Positions 26,469 to 40,084 of a stretch of 64,000 nt of DNA are shown piece by piece. The stretch is from assembly GCA_964016885.1 (NCBI GenBank), contig OZ024745.1, forward strand, positions 52,080,001 to 52,144,000, given 5' to 3'. The first letter of the stretch is position 1. Each line of letters starts with the position of its first letter. Under the pieces are notes generated by a model. That model did not search any database and was not told where the DNA came from. It saw nothing but the letters and a program-made list of their open reading frames with translations. The stretch comes from Eledone cirrhosa (taxonomy: Eukaryota). Both the position numbers and the translations under genes were made by a program.

Positions 26469-27760
26469 GTTTGTAGTTGTAAGGCCAAGACAATGCAGGT
26501 ATGGATATAGAATATAAATGCAAATGCAGCAGATAATGTTGACAATTACTCTTTTACCTTAATTTTCGAGATAATATCTCTTCTTCGGAGGGAATTAAAG
26601 TGGTTAATCCAGTGTTCTAATAAGCTTGCCAAGTTATGCTGACAGGAAATGGTATAGAGATTCCATTCTATCTCTAATGTCCAAGAGTGAAGGTTAGGTG
26701 GATAAAGAATCTGTGCCAGAAAGAACTGAGGACACCACACCCGAGGTACTATTACCTGCTTCCTGAAGCTCCCACATTCCAGTGACGAAACAACAACAGC
26801 CATCCGCAGAGCTATTAGACGAGAGGGACTAGATATCCAACTAACCCACTCATGACCTCCTCTACGCGGACAGCTAACCAAAAGACACGACAGCCGCTGC
26901 AGGCTATCCAACTGCCCGATCAATTACACAGACCTATGGCACCAGGCTTACGTCTTATACAGATTAGAGTGCGACAAATTACAGCAATTTCTACGTAGGT
27001 AGCACCAGCAGTCCACTTCGCATAAGAATAAGTTAAGATAGAAACTAAGGAAAGAAACCTCGGCAATCTTAGAATTAAGGAAGCACTGATTATAGACAAA
27101 ACACAACCACCAATCAAAAATAGACTAGAAGTCCACACCCAATTTATAACATAATAGAGCACCTAGCCCCACACTTACAACCCTTCTCACACACACGCAC
27201 ACGCACACACACACACACACGCACACACACGCGCACACGCACACACACACACACACGCTTACACCTCCGCTTATTCTCTCTCACACACACATACTCACAC
27301 AAAAAACAGTTTTAAGATGATAGAGCATCTAGCCCCCACATTTACGTATAGACATATCTTCTCACACTCACACACACATACACACGAATACTTATGCTTT
27401 CACGTATTCTCCCACACACTTAAACATACATGTACAAAACCCCTTTAAAGGGAGACTACACGTTATCCACATAACCTTCACTCTTTGACATTAGAGATAG
27501 AATAGAATCTCTATACCATTTCCTGTCAGCATTACTTGGCAGGCTAATTAGAACACTAGATTAACCACTTTACCTCCATCCGAAGAAGGGATATTATCTG
27601 GAAAATAAAGGATATTTAAATAAATTTAAGGTAAAAGACTAATTGTCAACATGATCTTTTGCATTTGCATATATATTCTATATCCATACCTGCATTGTCT
27701 TGGCCTTCCAACTAAAAACGTTTATACTTACACAATGCTTCAAGTGAACTACAACTTCCT
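26463..27760 (+). mobile_element. Penelope-like 3' remnant (second lineage) with inverted pLTR
   Basis: 26705-27155 translates to FLKLPHSSD..IRRAIRREGLDIQL...VLYRLECDK..FYVGST...LRIKEALII. 26463-26704 is inverted relative to 27463-27726. An HHR with a CCGAAGA core lies at 26552-26595(-). Confidence 0.85.
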
Positions 27761-27789
27761 CCTACATATATATATATATATATATATAT

Positions 27790-28215
27790 AGCGGCGATGA
27801 ATTAGTTTTGCGAGGTTTTTTGTATGAAATCGTGTGTCGAAACAAATATTGTTATACTTGGGGAGGGTCATATTTGAGTAATATTGCCAGAATTAATAAC
27901 AGAACACACTCACTGTTTGGTTGGTTTTCGCTTCTCGCTGTCTTTTATATCGGTAATCTAACTTACTCGGTCCTCAATGTTGCCATTGACCGACGGTCAA
28001 AAATAATACAGATACAATATAGACACAAACACATATATATAGTTTATCATAAATCTTTCGTTGCACAACTGCAACATCGTCAGTGGTGTTATATTTTCCT
28101 CCTGTTGTGTTGTATGTCTACGCCATTTTTATTCAGTCTGTCTATATATTTATTTATTTATTTGCTTGTTTGTTTATTTTATTTTGTCTTCTTTGCACAT
28201 GCGTTTGCGTGTGTA
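27790..28215 (-). mobile_element. solo Penelope pLTR
   Basis: Homologous to 24320-24750. Confidence 0.9.
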
Positions 28216-28522
28216 TATATATATATATATTTTTTTTTTTTTTAGCGATCGACTTTTCGTCAAATCGGACCGAGGAAACAATGTTTCCGTTGGTCCTTCC
28301 AATTGCTGATACTATCTATCGGTCGCAACTCCAGGTAGAAGGAGCAAAGTGAGGCTGTGAGTTCGATTCCTGGACCGGGCGATGCGTTATGTCCTTGAGC
28401 ATGGCACTTTATTTCACTTTGCTCCTTCTACCTGGAGTTGCGACCGATAGATAGTATTAGCAATTGGAAAGACCAACGGAAACATTGTTCCCTCGGTCCG
28501 ATTTGACGAAAGTCGATCGTTC

Positions 28523-28593
<71 letters not shown>

Positions 28594-28601
28594 ATATATA
28601 T

Positions 28602-29113
28602 AAAAGAACATTTTCGCTCTACATGGTTGAATACAATAAATGTAATCTGAGTTTTTCGAATATTAATAATAACATTGGATTCGTTTGCAATTATGCAAAC
28701 GAGCCTCAATTTTATAGCCATGTCAGTAGAATAAACCCTTCATTCTTGCTCTTCTGTTGGCCTATGAACAGAACTGTAGACACTAATGTTTCTGAGTATC
28801 ACCCTTCATCAGTACAGCTCACTGTTCACCTGCCAAATTGTCATAGCTAGTGAAAATATATGCTATTTTCAAAAATACACAGTGACTATTCAGGTCCATT
28901 TGCATATTAGCAGACTGGTTGATCAGTTAGATCTGCATATTAGCAGATCCACTGATCATCCCGGTTTGCATATCAGCAGACTGGCCAGTCAGTTTCCTGT
29001 ACACGAGCGATAAATGGCCGGCTTTGCCAAATTCAAATAAAAAAGAACATTTTCGCTCTACATAGCTGAATACAATAAAGTAATCTGAGTTTTTCGAATA
29101 TTAATATTAACAT

Positions 29114-29115
<2 letters not shown>
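28602..29115 (-). mobile_element. non-coding ~440-bp HHR-containing unit in partial tandem (retrozyme-like); partial copies at 39639-39830 and 50535-50720
   Basis: AAAAGAACATTTTCGCTCTACAT occurs at 28602 and 29041. An intact HHR lies inside and (TA)n flanks both sides. Confidence 0.75.
28771..28820 (-). ncRNA. canonical type I hammerhead ribozyme
   Basis: GAGCTGTA-CTGATGA-AGGGT gat ACTCA-GAAA-CA ttag TG-TC-TACAGTTC. All three stems and a GUC cleavage triplet are present. Confidence 0.88.
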
Positions 29116-29828
<713 letters not shown>

Positions 29829-31653
29829 TATATATATATATGCATGTATGTATGTATAGATATATGTGATAGATATTACTTAAAGCGAAGTGTGGAAACG
29901 AAGGCTATAACATTATCAATGAAAAATATTAGTCTTTCGAAAATTTAATTATACACTATTATTCTCTTTATATGTATAATGTATTTGCAGGTATATGTGA
30001 ACAGATTTAAATCAGTGTGACGAATGTTTTTCCAGCAGAAGATATATAACAGCAGTTCAATCTTTCAATGGCTAAAATAAATGTTCTGAATATTTAGACA
30101 ACTACACACACAAGTATACTTTCAAACGCATAAAGGCACATATGCACACACACACACATCAACACACACGCGTGTGTGTGGTTGTGTGTGAGTGTGTGTG
30201 TGTATGCCTCTATATGTATGTGTGTGTGTGGATAGTTATTGATATGAACACTCAAGAAAATAGAACTGAGACATAAATAGAAAATAGAACTGAGACATAA
30301 TTTCACACATATTTACATTCATTTGTGTGAGCTCCGATTTAATTCATATGTGACACTATATCTAATTTTGTAGATACACAAGAAAGTTAATATTATTTTA
30401 CACACACTTGAAAATCTACTTTCAGACGTGTATTTGTTAAGCAGTTAGTAAATGATTTTCTAAGTCGTATGCATTATTGATCGTGGGTTTTGGAAGTTTT
30501 GGAAGAATAACAATTTGTGATATAACGTGTTAAACATTGAAACTCAAACTTCTCCGAAAAGTAGTTGGAAAGCACGAATACATGTCTTTAAGAACAGAAA
30601 TCTTTAGGAAGTTCGATTTTTGGCATCATTAGCGAGAGCAATGCGTTGTCTGATCACCACAACTCCAATAGAAAATTTGATTGGATGACCACTCCCAATA
30701 ATTGCACTAGACACTTAATGAAAAGGCGGAGAATCAGTGAATTGAAGAGGAAGTCATACGCTATGTGAGGTCAGCATATTTTTTTCTGGCGATTTACCAA
30801 TGTGAAACACTACTGATTGGAACACGAATAATTCCCATGTGACACAATCATTTCAATCAAAATTGTGCTTCATTTAATACATATGAAAAAAAATCATTCT
30901 GTCTAAATATGCGAGTCATTACTGTTCATCTAAAGGTTCTAATATATCTATTTATATATTCTTTGTATACTTCGTAATTTAATTATGCTCGCCATTTCCG
31001 TGAAATAGGTGATGGGAACCCTGTAATGCAAGACTACATAGTAGTTCTAAATACTTTATGGAACTGTTCACTAAGAAATATACAAAACAATATATCTTTC
31101 ATCCTATGTATATCTCATAATATATATTCCTCAAACTAGTCTATCGAGACTAATGAATAGAACAAATTGACAAATACAATATTATCATTAAACTAAGCTA
31201 TGCAAATGGTGAATAATACAATACAGGTTAAAATATATTCAAATTAACTAGTCTCATATTTTAAGTAGTATTAAATGAATTATGTATCTCGTGTTGTCCT
31301 TGAGTAATGAACCCAATTGATACACTACATGTCTTCGGTGGTTGACCGTGCACATTTTGATAATAATCAAATGTCTTGTTATGTGAAGTTCATTAAAATA
31401 ACTTATTGATTAAGGGATAAACAAGAGCCTCATCTCACAATTTTCTCTTTCATTTTTTTTCTCCTGTCATATTTAATGAAATAATTCACAAGCATGCAAT
31501 GGATATAACAACGTGAATGAATCAGTTTGACACCATTTAAAACTCACTGATGTGAGTACATATAGTGTTTCAGTTTGTGCTATATCATTTCCCTACCTTC
31601 AACGTTACAGCAGATGATTGATTAGCATGCTTGTGGATGCAATCAGCAACAGT

Positions 31654-31705
<52 letters not shown>

Positions 31706-31726
31706 TGATGAGTTGGTCAGAGGTAA

Positions 31727-31903
31727 ATAATTGTTTCTACTTTTGGCACAAGGCCAGAAATTACTCAGTGCATTACTGGTACTTTATTTTATCGACCCCG
31801 TAAGGATGAAAGGCAAAGTTAACCTCGGCGGGATTTGAACTCAGAATAGCAAGGGCCATAGCTCTATGCGTCAAAGCATGGCGTTCGACCCTTTACTGAT
31901 ACT
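31727..31903 (-). mobile_element. tRNA-derived SINE (Nin-like)
   Basis: Reverse complement of the 15757-15950 family. Confidence 0.8.
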
Positions 31904-32021
31904 GTGTAGATCGAGTGACGCAACTTCGAGCGATTAGCCACCTCTAGACTCAATTGTCAATACATGAAATAAAACCCCTTGTTGTACAGCCAACCATGTT
32001 ATTCTTCATTCATTCACTATA

Positions 32022-32144
<123 letters not shown>

Positions 32145-32478
32145 GTGTGCGTGTGTGTGCGTGTGCGTGTGTGTGCGTGTGTGTGTGTGTGTCTGATGGT
32201 AGCTAAGATGCATCCATTGGCGGTATGCTGGTTGAGCACTCTATGATCTAACACAGCAGAGTATGATATAATATAAAACGAAAAATCAGTGATGCATCTG
32301 AACTCAATTTATTGTGGTTTGCAATCGTTTCGCCGGCGGACAGCTCGAGACACGATCATTGTGGATCTGGTTGATTCTGGATCCGCAGGTTCGACGGACA
32401 CGTCTAATGATTTCGGAGCAAATTCACTCATTTATCTGATATATGCATAGTTTTATTGTTCTACAATATTACTCACCT

Positions 32479-32657
<179 letters not shown>

Positions 32658-33517
32658 GAAGGTTCATTTGTATAATTGAAAATTTCAATGTGTGTGATGG
32701 TGCAGGATACACTGTATATTACTTTACTGAATAAACTAAAATGAATATAGATTATTCCTGTCGATATTAATTTAAATGACCTAATCTTTGCATTTAAAAC
32801 TGCTGCATATTTAATAATTCTTATTCGGAGTATGGTGCTATTTTAGTTGGAATATGGTGATCAATAGTATTAGCACATGTAATTCCTTCTATTAACTTTT
32901 ATGTTAAAATGACACTTAAGTATTTTTGTCGACAGATTAAATAGCAGTATTACACTTCGTTTTACTTTTTGGAACTGTACACAGCCTTAAATTTATGACA
33001 ATCTCCATATGTGACAGAAAATGATATGTGATAGAATTATAATATATGTATCTTTAGAAGTTTATATGATAGAAGAAGCGATTTGATCAAAACTCTGCCG
33101 TTACTTGCCATTTCCCTCTAATTTATTTGTGCTATTTTTTGAAATACACACAGCTTTCCTGAAAACTTGTTTCTTTATCTAACTTGATGTTTTTAAACAA
33201 TTCTTAAAGGTTTCATTGTCAATTATTTTCGAATGGAATTTCTCAACATACTGATCTAACAAAAAGTAAATAATGTTGTTCTTTTCATTACCAACTTACA
33301 GTACGCATAACATAAGCACATATAATCACAAATTATATAACTCCATTCCACGGGTATAATGGCATGTAATGTTGTTTTTAACGAGATTAAAGCATTTTAA
33401 TTTCAAAGAGGGAGTTATATGTAGTCATGCATTTCTCATTATAATATCTATTTTCCTTGCCATTTCTATGATCGATAATACGTTAAGAAATAAAGAAATT
33501 CCATTATAGTTATGTAT

Positions 33518-33710
33518 GGGCGTTGAATTGGATGTATCGGTAGAGGGTCGAACCCCATGCTTTACAGCATAGTTACGTCCCTTTACGGTCCGAGTTCAAA
33601 TCCCGCCGAGGCTAAGATTTCCTTTCATCCTTACGAGGTCGATGAAATAAAGTACCAGTAATACACTGGTATAATTGCTGGCCTTGCGCCAAAGGTAGAA
33701 ACAATTATAG
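33518..33710 (+). mobile_element. tRNA-derived SINE (Nin-like)
   Basis: Same family, with B-box GAGTTCAAATCCC. Confidence 0.8.
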
Positions 33711-34027
33711 CTATGTGTCTCTTTAAACACCAACCTTTCTTCGGGAAAATTACCAAAATGAAGTAGAATACACACGTTCTACAAGATATGCGACTGCCTT
33801 GTAATCGTTTTTCCAGTAGAAATATATGTAACACATTAACATATGAAGCAGATATTCTAGACGTACATAATTATATAATTGAATAGTTAATGCATAACAC
33901 CCACTCGATTGAATTACCATGGATTATCAGGTAATCATTAACTCAACGGACTACATGGTACGGAATGCGATCGAAATGATATAAATGCATTTAGAATCAC
34001 ACACGCACGCATGTTAATGTATATGTA

Positions 34028-34072
<45 letters not shown>

Positions 34073-34085
34073 ATGTGTGTGTGTT

Positions 34086-34135
<50 letters not shown>

Positions 34136-34148
34136 CGCGTGTGTGCGC

Positions 34149-34183
<35 letters not shown>

Positions 34184-34663
34184 TGTGTGTGTAAGTGGTA
34201 ACACAACAGTTAGTTCACCATACCGAGAACAATTATTTCACGTTAGCGGGTCTTCCGCTCCTACTGGTCATGGTTATACGGAACAGGAAGAACAACCTTA
34301 TGAACGCACATGTCCGGAAACGGTCACTTCACCCAAGCGATGCTAAGTCACGGGCGAAAGGTGTAAGGGAGATAAGTGTGGAAGTCCGGAAGCGATGTTC
34401 GAGTTGATAAGAAAATTAGAATGTTGTTGTTATTTAATCAGGAGCTTTGTAGTTAATCAAGAGGTATGTCCAGACATGTGGACAACGTGAATTTAGGCAA
34501 TCGCTATTGCGTAATGTCCTTAGAATATTTATCCTTTCTTCACTACACAGTCCACAAGACGGATAGCCCCTTGCGTATGGCGTGGACTACTTTCCACTTC
34601 TACCCAACTCGTCCCATGGTCTGAGTGCTCTACACACTACGGATATTACCTTCCAGTGTGCTA

Positions 34664-34751
<88 letters not shown>

Positions 34752-35244
34752 CAGTGTGTATGTGTGTGTGTGCATGTGTGTGAAATGTGAACAGAATAGC
34801 AAAAATAACATAGCAAACGGTGCAGTTCTTGGAATAAATATATTAGCTTAATGGTTGAAATAGTAGGAAAATACTCTTAACGTTTCTGGCAGTAGTTCTT
34901 CATCAGATCAGAAGATAGCGTTAGAAATAGAAGATAAATAGAAAGTAAAGAATGATGAGAGGAAGGAACGGGGTAAATGACAAAAATTTGGGGAAGAAAA
35001 AAATACGGATTCGTTTGTCTGTAGGCGAGTGTGTGTATGTATGCATATAACCATTTTTGGACGCTAGCAATGTTAAATGGACAAATAAATATTATGTATA
35101 TATATATATAGAGAGAGAGAGAGAGATCTCTATAAAAATCAGTAGAAATATTTGAAAAAAGAGTACACCTGCATCTCGAAACACGAGATTGAACAGGGAC
35201 CTATAGATCTTCAGTCTAACGCTCTCCCAATAGGGCCATTTCGA

Positions 35245-35283
<39 letters not shown>

Positions 35284-35333
35284 CATATATATAGAGAGAG
35301 AGAAAGAGAGAGGGAAAGAGAGAGAGAAAGATT

Positions 35334-35413
<80 letters not shown>

Positions 35414-35539
35414 CGGACAGTGAGCTGAAAAAGCTTAGTTGGGAGAGTGTCATACTGAAGATCTAAATGTCCCCTGATTCGGCATGCAGGCGTATTATTT
35501 TCTCAAATACTTCTACTGATTTTTATAATTTTATAGCGA

Positions 35540-35660
<121 letters not shown>

Positions 35661-36399
35661 AAAAAATGAAATTTCATTTTCACTCGTAATACGGCTGATA
35701 CTTAAATATAAGTATGTATACGTACATACATATATGTATACAGAGGTACAGGAGTATGTATATACATACATGCACACATATATGTGAGTACGTATGGGTT
35801 TACCGAACATTTATTATAATGCTCGGTTTGTTTGTAAGCAAACATCCCGAATTAAGCCGTACAGTGTTCGGCAACCTTCGTTGCCCTTTTGTTCAACACT
35901 GACAAAGGAACGATGAACTATTTTCAAGCTTATTAGCTGTCATCAGCACCGTATACCTCCTGTCAGTCGATTGCACGTTTGAAATTATATACTTTCCTTA
36001 TGCATATTAACGGCTGAGCAGCCTAATTTGCATATCGAGTGAGTTAGCAAAGCTATTCTTTAAAGCACTAGATAAATGTTTTCTTAAAGCCCACAGATAC
36101 CACTCTATTTTTAACCGACATACTATAAAAGAATCCTTCTCTAGTACTATGAACATAGCACACAATATAAATATAATTAATAATAGAAACTTAAAGTAAA
36201 CCCTAACAAAAATAGCAATAACTGGGAGTGGTAGTCCGCGTTGCAGATGATAAGGTATTTTGGAATGAGGGGCGCCAACAGACCTAATCGTGGAAAAATT
36301 GCATGCCAGGACAATATGTAAAGAAAATAAACCGAATACTCTGATGGCTGGATACATTTAAAGATTTTCCTCGATGAAGCAGGAAAAATGCAGGTTTTC

Positions 36400-36959
36400 A
36401 CCTAATGCGGGCCATAGGGGATGAACAAAATAATTTTTTTTATGTGCATATTATGCCTTGAAATTTCAGGAAAATCGGCTAGACGCAACGCCTCCATAAA
36501 TGCTCTAAAATGCTGAAAAAATGCAATTTTTCACCTAATGCTGTCCCTAGTCCATAAAAAAAAAGTTGAATGTTCTTTGCTCACGGTATGAGGACGAGAC
36601 TGACTAATACATAGTTACAATTTCAAGGAAATCGGTCACACGTAACGCCTCAAAAAACCCCTAACATCTCAGGGAAGTGACGTAATGCAGACAGCCAGGC
36701 ATACAGATATATATTATAAGGGTGCGACCTTATATGTATGTATCTATCTAAAAAGAGAAAGACTAAGAATTATAGAGAGAGATCGCTAGATCGCCTAATG
36801 CGGTCACTAGGGCATTGACAATTTGAAATTGCTCAGAACACTTCCTGAAACATAAGTATTACATGTGTAAAGTTTGAAAGTAGTCGGTTGGATGCTTCTC
36901 GAGTTTTAGGGATTCAAGCTCACACACACACAGACATCCTCAGTTTTATATATATAGAT
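36400..36959 (-). mobile_element. non-autonomous Helitron family A, 5' part, internally rearranged
   Basis: The minus strand starts A|TCTATATATATAAAACTGAGGATGTC and is homologous to 62720-62999. Confidence 0.75.
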
Positions 36960-36989
36960 ACTATTTCTAGCAATATTCAGTTTAGTAGT

Positions 36990-37430
36990 ACCGTTCCGAA
37001 CAACAGCAACTCCATAAAATGTAACTGTAGAATCAAATCAAACTGCCCTTTACAAAATAATCGTTTAGATAAAAACGTAGTTTATATATGCACAGTTAAA
37101 ACTAGAGATAATATATTTAACTATGTTGGTGCCACTTCTACACAATTTAAAGAACGCTGGATAACCATAATTATACATTTAAAAGATCTGATAAAAAATG
37201 TTCTTGTTCATTTTCATATCTTATATGGAATGTAAAAAGTAATAATATAGACTATCTTGGAAAACGTTTTCGAAAGCACCTGTGTACCGAAATATGGCTT
37301 TATCAAGATTCTTTAAATTGTGTATCGAAGAAATTTTTTTTATATAATTAACTGTCAAAACTCTATTAATCTCAGATCAGAGTTATTTTTTTTCTTGCAG
37401 ACATCGCTAAAATTCCACGTTCAGAACTGT
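36990..37430 (+). mobile_element. Penelope GIY-YIG remnant
   Basis: CNCRIKSNCPLQN..NVVYICTVK...YVGATSTQFKERW. Confidence 0.85.
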
Positions 37431-37571
37431 GTTTAATTTATAATATTCCTATAAACATTCAACATTTAAATTTTTTAATATTTTAATATTTCTAAATGTG
37501 AATATCTCTAATATTTGTAATACTTTTACCTTTCAGCAAAAATTTCTTTATATATATATAATATATATATA

Positions 37572-37642
<71 letters not shown>

Positions 37643-38173
37643 TATAGATATATAAATTTTAGTACAGCATTAAAAAAGCTTTAGAACGCGGCCAAGCTAA
37701 CGAATGCATAATCGGTCTGTAGCTTTAGCACTCGGATGAGGAAGAACCCCAGAGTAATAACATTACGTTCAGACAGCTTAGGAAATCAGATATAGCGGTC
37801 GGCAGTCCAGTCGGATCATTCACACATCTTTCGACTAAAATAATTAATCTCACACTAAATAATATATAATTTCCTAAATCATTCTTCAACTTTATCGATT
37901 AACAAACACAATTGGAGTTATATTTCCGTTCTCAATCGTGTAAACTTATAATATACGTAACTTCGCTAAATTAACAATATTATGAAAACATTTTCAATGC
38001 TGAACAAAATAATCAAATCTATAAAATGTTCTCTCACAACTTGAAATACCTATTTATTTACATAAAACACAAAGTTAACTTCCCTCGTAACTTATATAAG
38101 AAATATAAACAACTAATAATTGTAAATTATCTATATGTCTTTAATACTAATACATACGAAATTATTCATATAT

Positions 38174-38229
<56 letters not shown>

Positions 38230-38687
38230 TTATAACCTACTACAATATTGTAATAAGATAAATACTTACAAACATAATTCTCCATATATGTATATACTAA
38301 TATAGGTAAATGTTTTCCCCAAAATTAACGTAAATACGAGGTGTTCTTTTATTTTTCCTTTTCTTTCTTTTTCTTTCTTTCCTACTCATACAAACACATA
38401 TCTAAATTCTCCATAGCGTCTCATATAACGTTTTTCCAAACCTATAGCTCAACCTCATTTACATATTTATTTGCATACTCATCTTAACAATTTTGAAATA
38501 TCTGTCTAACTCCACTATCCAAGGAAAACTTCAACCGTTAAGGTATGTTCCTTGGCTATTTCAAAATTAATAAAACACACTTTGTATTGTATCTGATGAA
38601 AGCGTACCAAAGTTTTGGTACCATTGCAATATATATAATAGACTAAATATGGTTTTATAAATATAGTTTCCATTTATTTAATATCAT

Positions 38688-38724
<37 letters not shown>

Positions 38725-38728
<4 letters not shown>

Positions 38729-39590
38729 AATTAATATCTAGTAACATATATATACATACAGATGCATATCAATGCTAGCAAATATATAGGTTTTGTCTTA
38801 GTAACTTTGTGGTTCAATGCATGGGGTTGCAGAACAATAATATGAGAGACGTAAAATAAGAAAATTATAAAATTAACTTACTTACTAAAATATCAGTTCC
38901 AACTAATTAGTTTCTGGAATGGAATAAATATATTTTCCGAAGAAGATACAGAGAAGCATTCCGTCGTCAGGGAGATCTATTCTCATCTAAGTATCCAGGC
39001 AAAGCGTGGACACTGGAAACTTATTAAAAAATAATTCAGTGGATAGGAAATAGCAAAGCGTGGACTGAATTCCTATTATTGTTCTGCAACCCCATGCATT
39101 GAACCACAAAGTTACAAAGACAACACCTATATATTTGCTAGCATTGATATGCATCTGTATGTATATATATGTTACTAGATATTAATTCTTTATAATTATC
39201 TCCAAATTATTTGTCGAGCAATATTGGCCATGACTGCTGCTATGGTAGCAAGCCGCTGTCTTATTAGCAAACCACTTTCCACTGATTGACCTCGATGTCA
39301 CGTGATTGATTCTTTTTGAATTTGCCACCGACGCAGAGGCAGTGATTTTCTCAATGGCTAGGAATTCAGTCCACGCTTTGCTATTTCCTATCTATTGAAT
39401 TATTTTTTAATAAGTTTCCAGTGTCCACGCTTTGCCAGGATACTTAGATGAGAATAGACCTCCCTGACGACGGAATGCTTCTCTGTATCTTCTTCGGAAA
39501 ATATATTTATTCCATTCCAGAAACTAATTAGTTGGAAGTGATATTTTAGTAAGTAAGTTAATTTTATAATTTTCTTATTTTACGTCTCTC

Positions 39591-39592
<2 letters not shown>
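38725..39592. mobile_element. interleaved inverted-repeat element A-B-A'-C-B' (~518-bp monomer)
   Basis: 38725-38841 is inverted at 39075-39191, and 38842-39075 is inverted at 39359-39592. (TA)n lies on both sides. Confidence 0.85.
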
Positions 39593-39642
<50 letters not shown>

Positions 39643-39831
39643 AAAAGTTCACTCTACATGGCTGAATACAATAATAAATGTAATCTGAGTTTAGCATATT
39701 ACCAGACTGGCTGAACAGTCAGCTCTGCATATTAGCAGATACACTGATCAGCTAGATTTGCATATAGAGCAGAGTGGCCAGTCAGTTTCTTGTATACGAG
39801 CGGGCAATGGCCGGCTTTGCCAAATTCAAAG

Positions 39832-39882
<51 letters not shown>

Positions 39883-40053
39883 TATTAGAGGTCCAATTGA
39901 ATTGCGTTCACCGGCGGAATGCCAAGATGAGTACTCCACAGTCAAGAATGAACATTATCCAATCGTTTCACGAGCGGATCGGCTGTGAAACATATGTAAT
40001 GAAATTTGTATATGATGCAATACTGAGTTTTTGTTCCAATATACTACCCCCCC

Positions 40054-40084
<31 letters not shown>

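Noticed and set aside
28898-29000. 33-bp periodic repeats as a CRISPR-like array
   Set aside because: The units are contiguous homologous tandem repeats without unique spacers; eukaryotic context and no cas genes.
37226-37245. miR-1-like TGGAATGTAAA, and a let-7-like TGAGGTAGTAG at ~18544
   Set aside because: Seed-only matches with no hairpin; the first lies inside a Penelope coding remnant.
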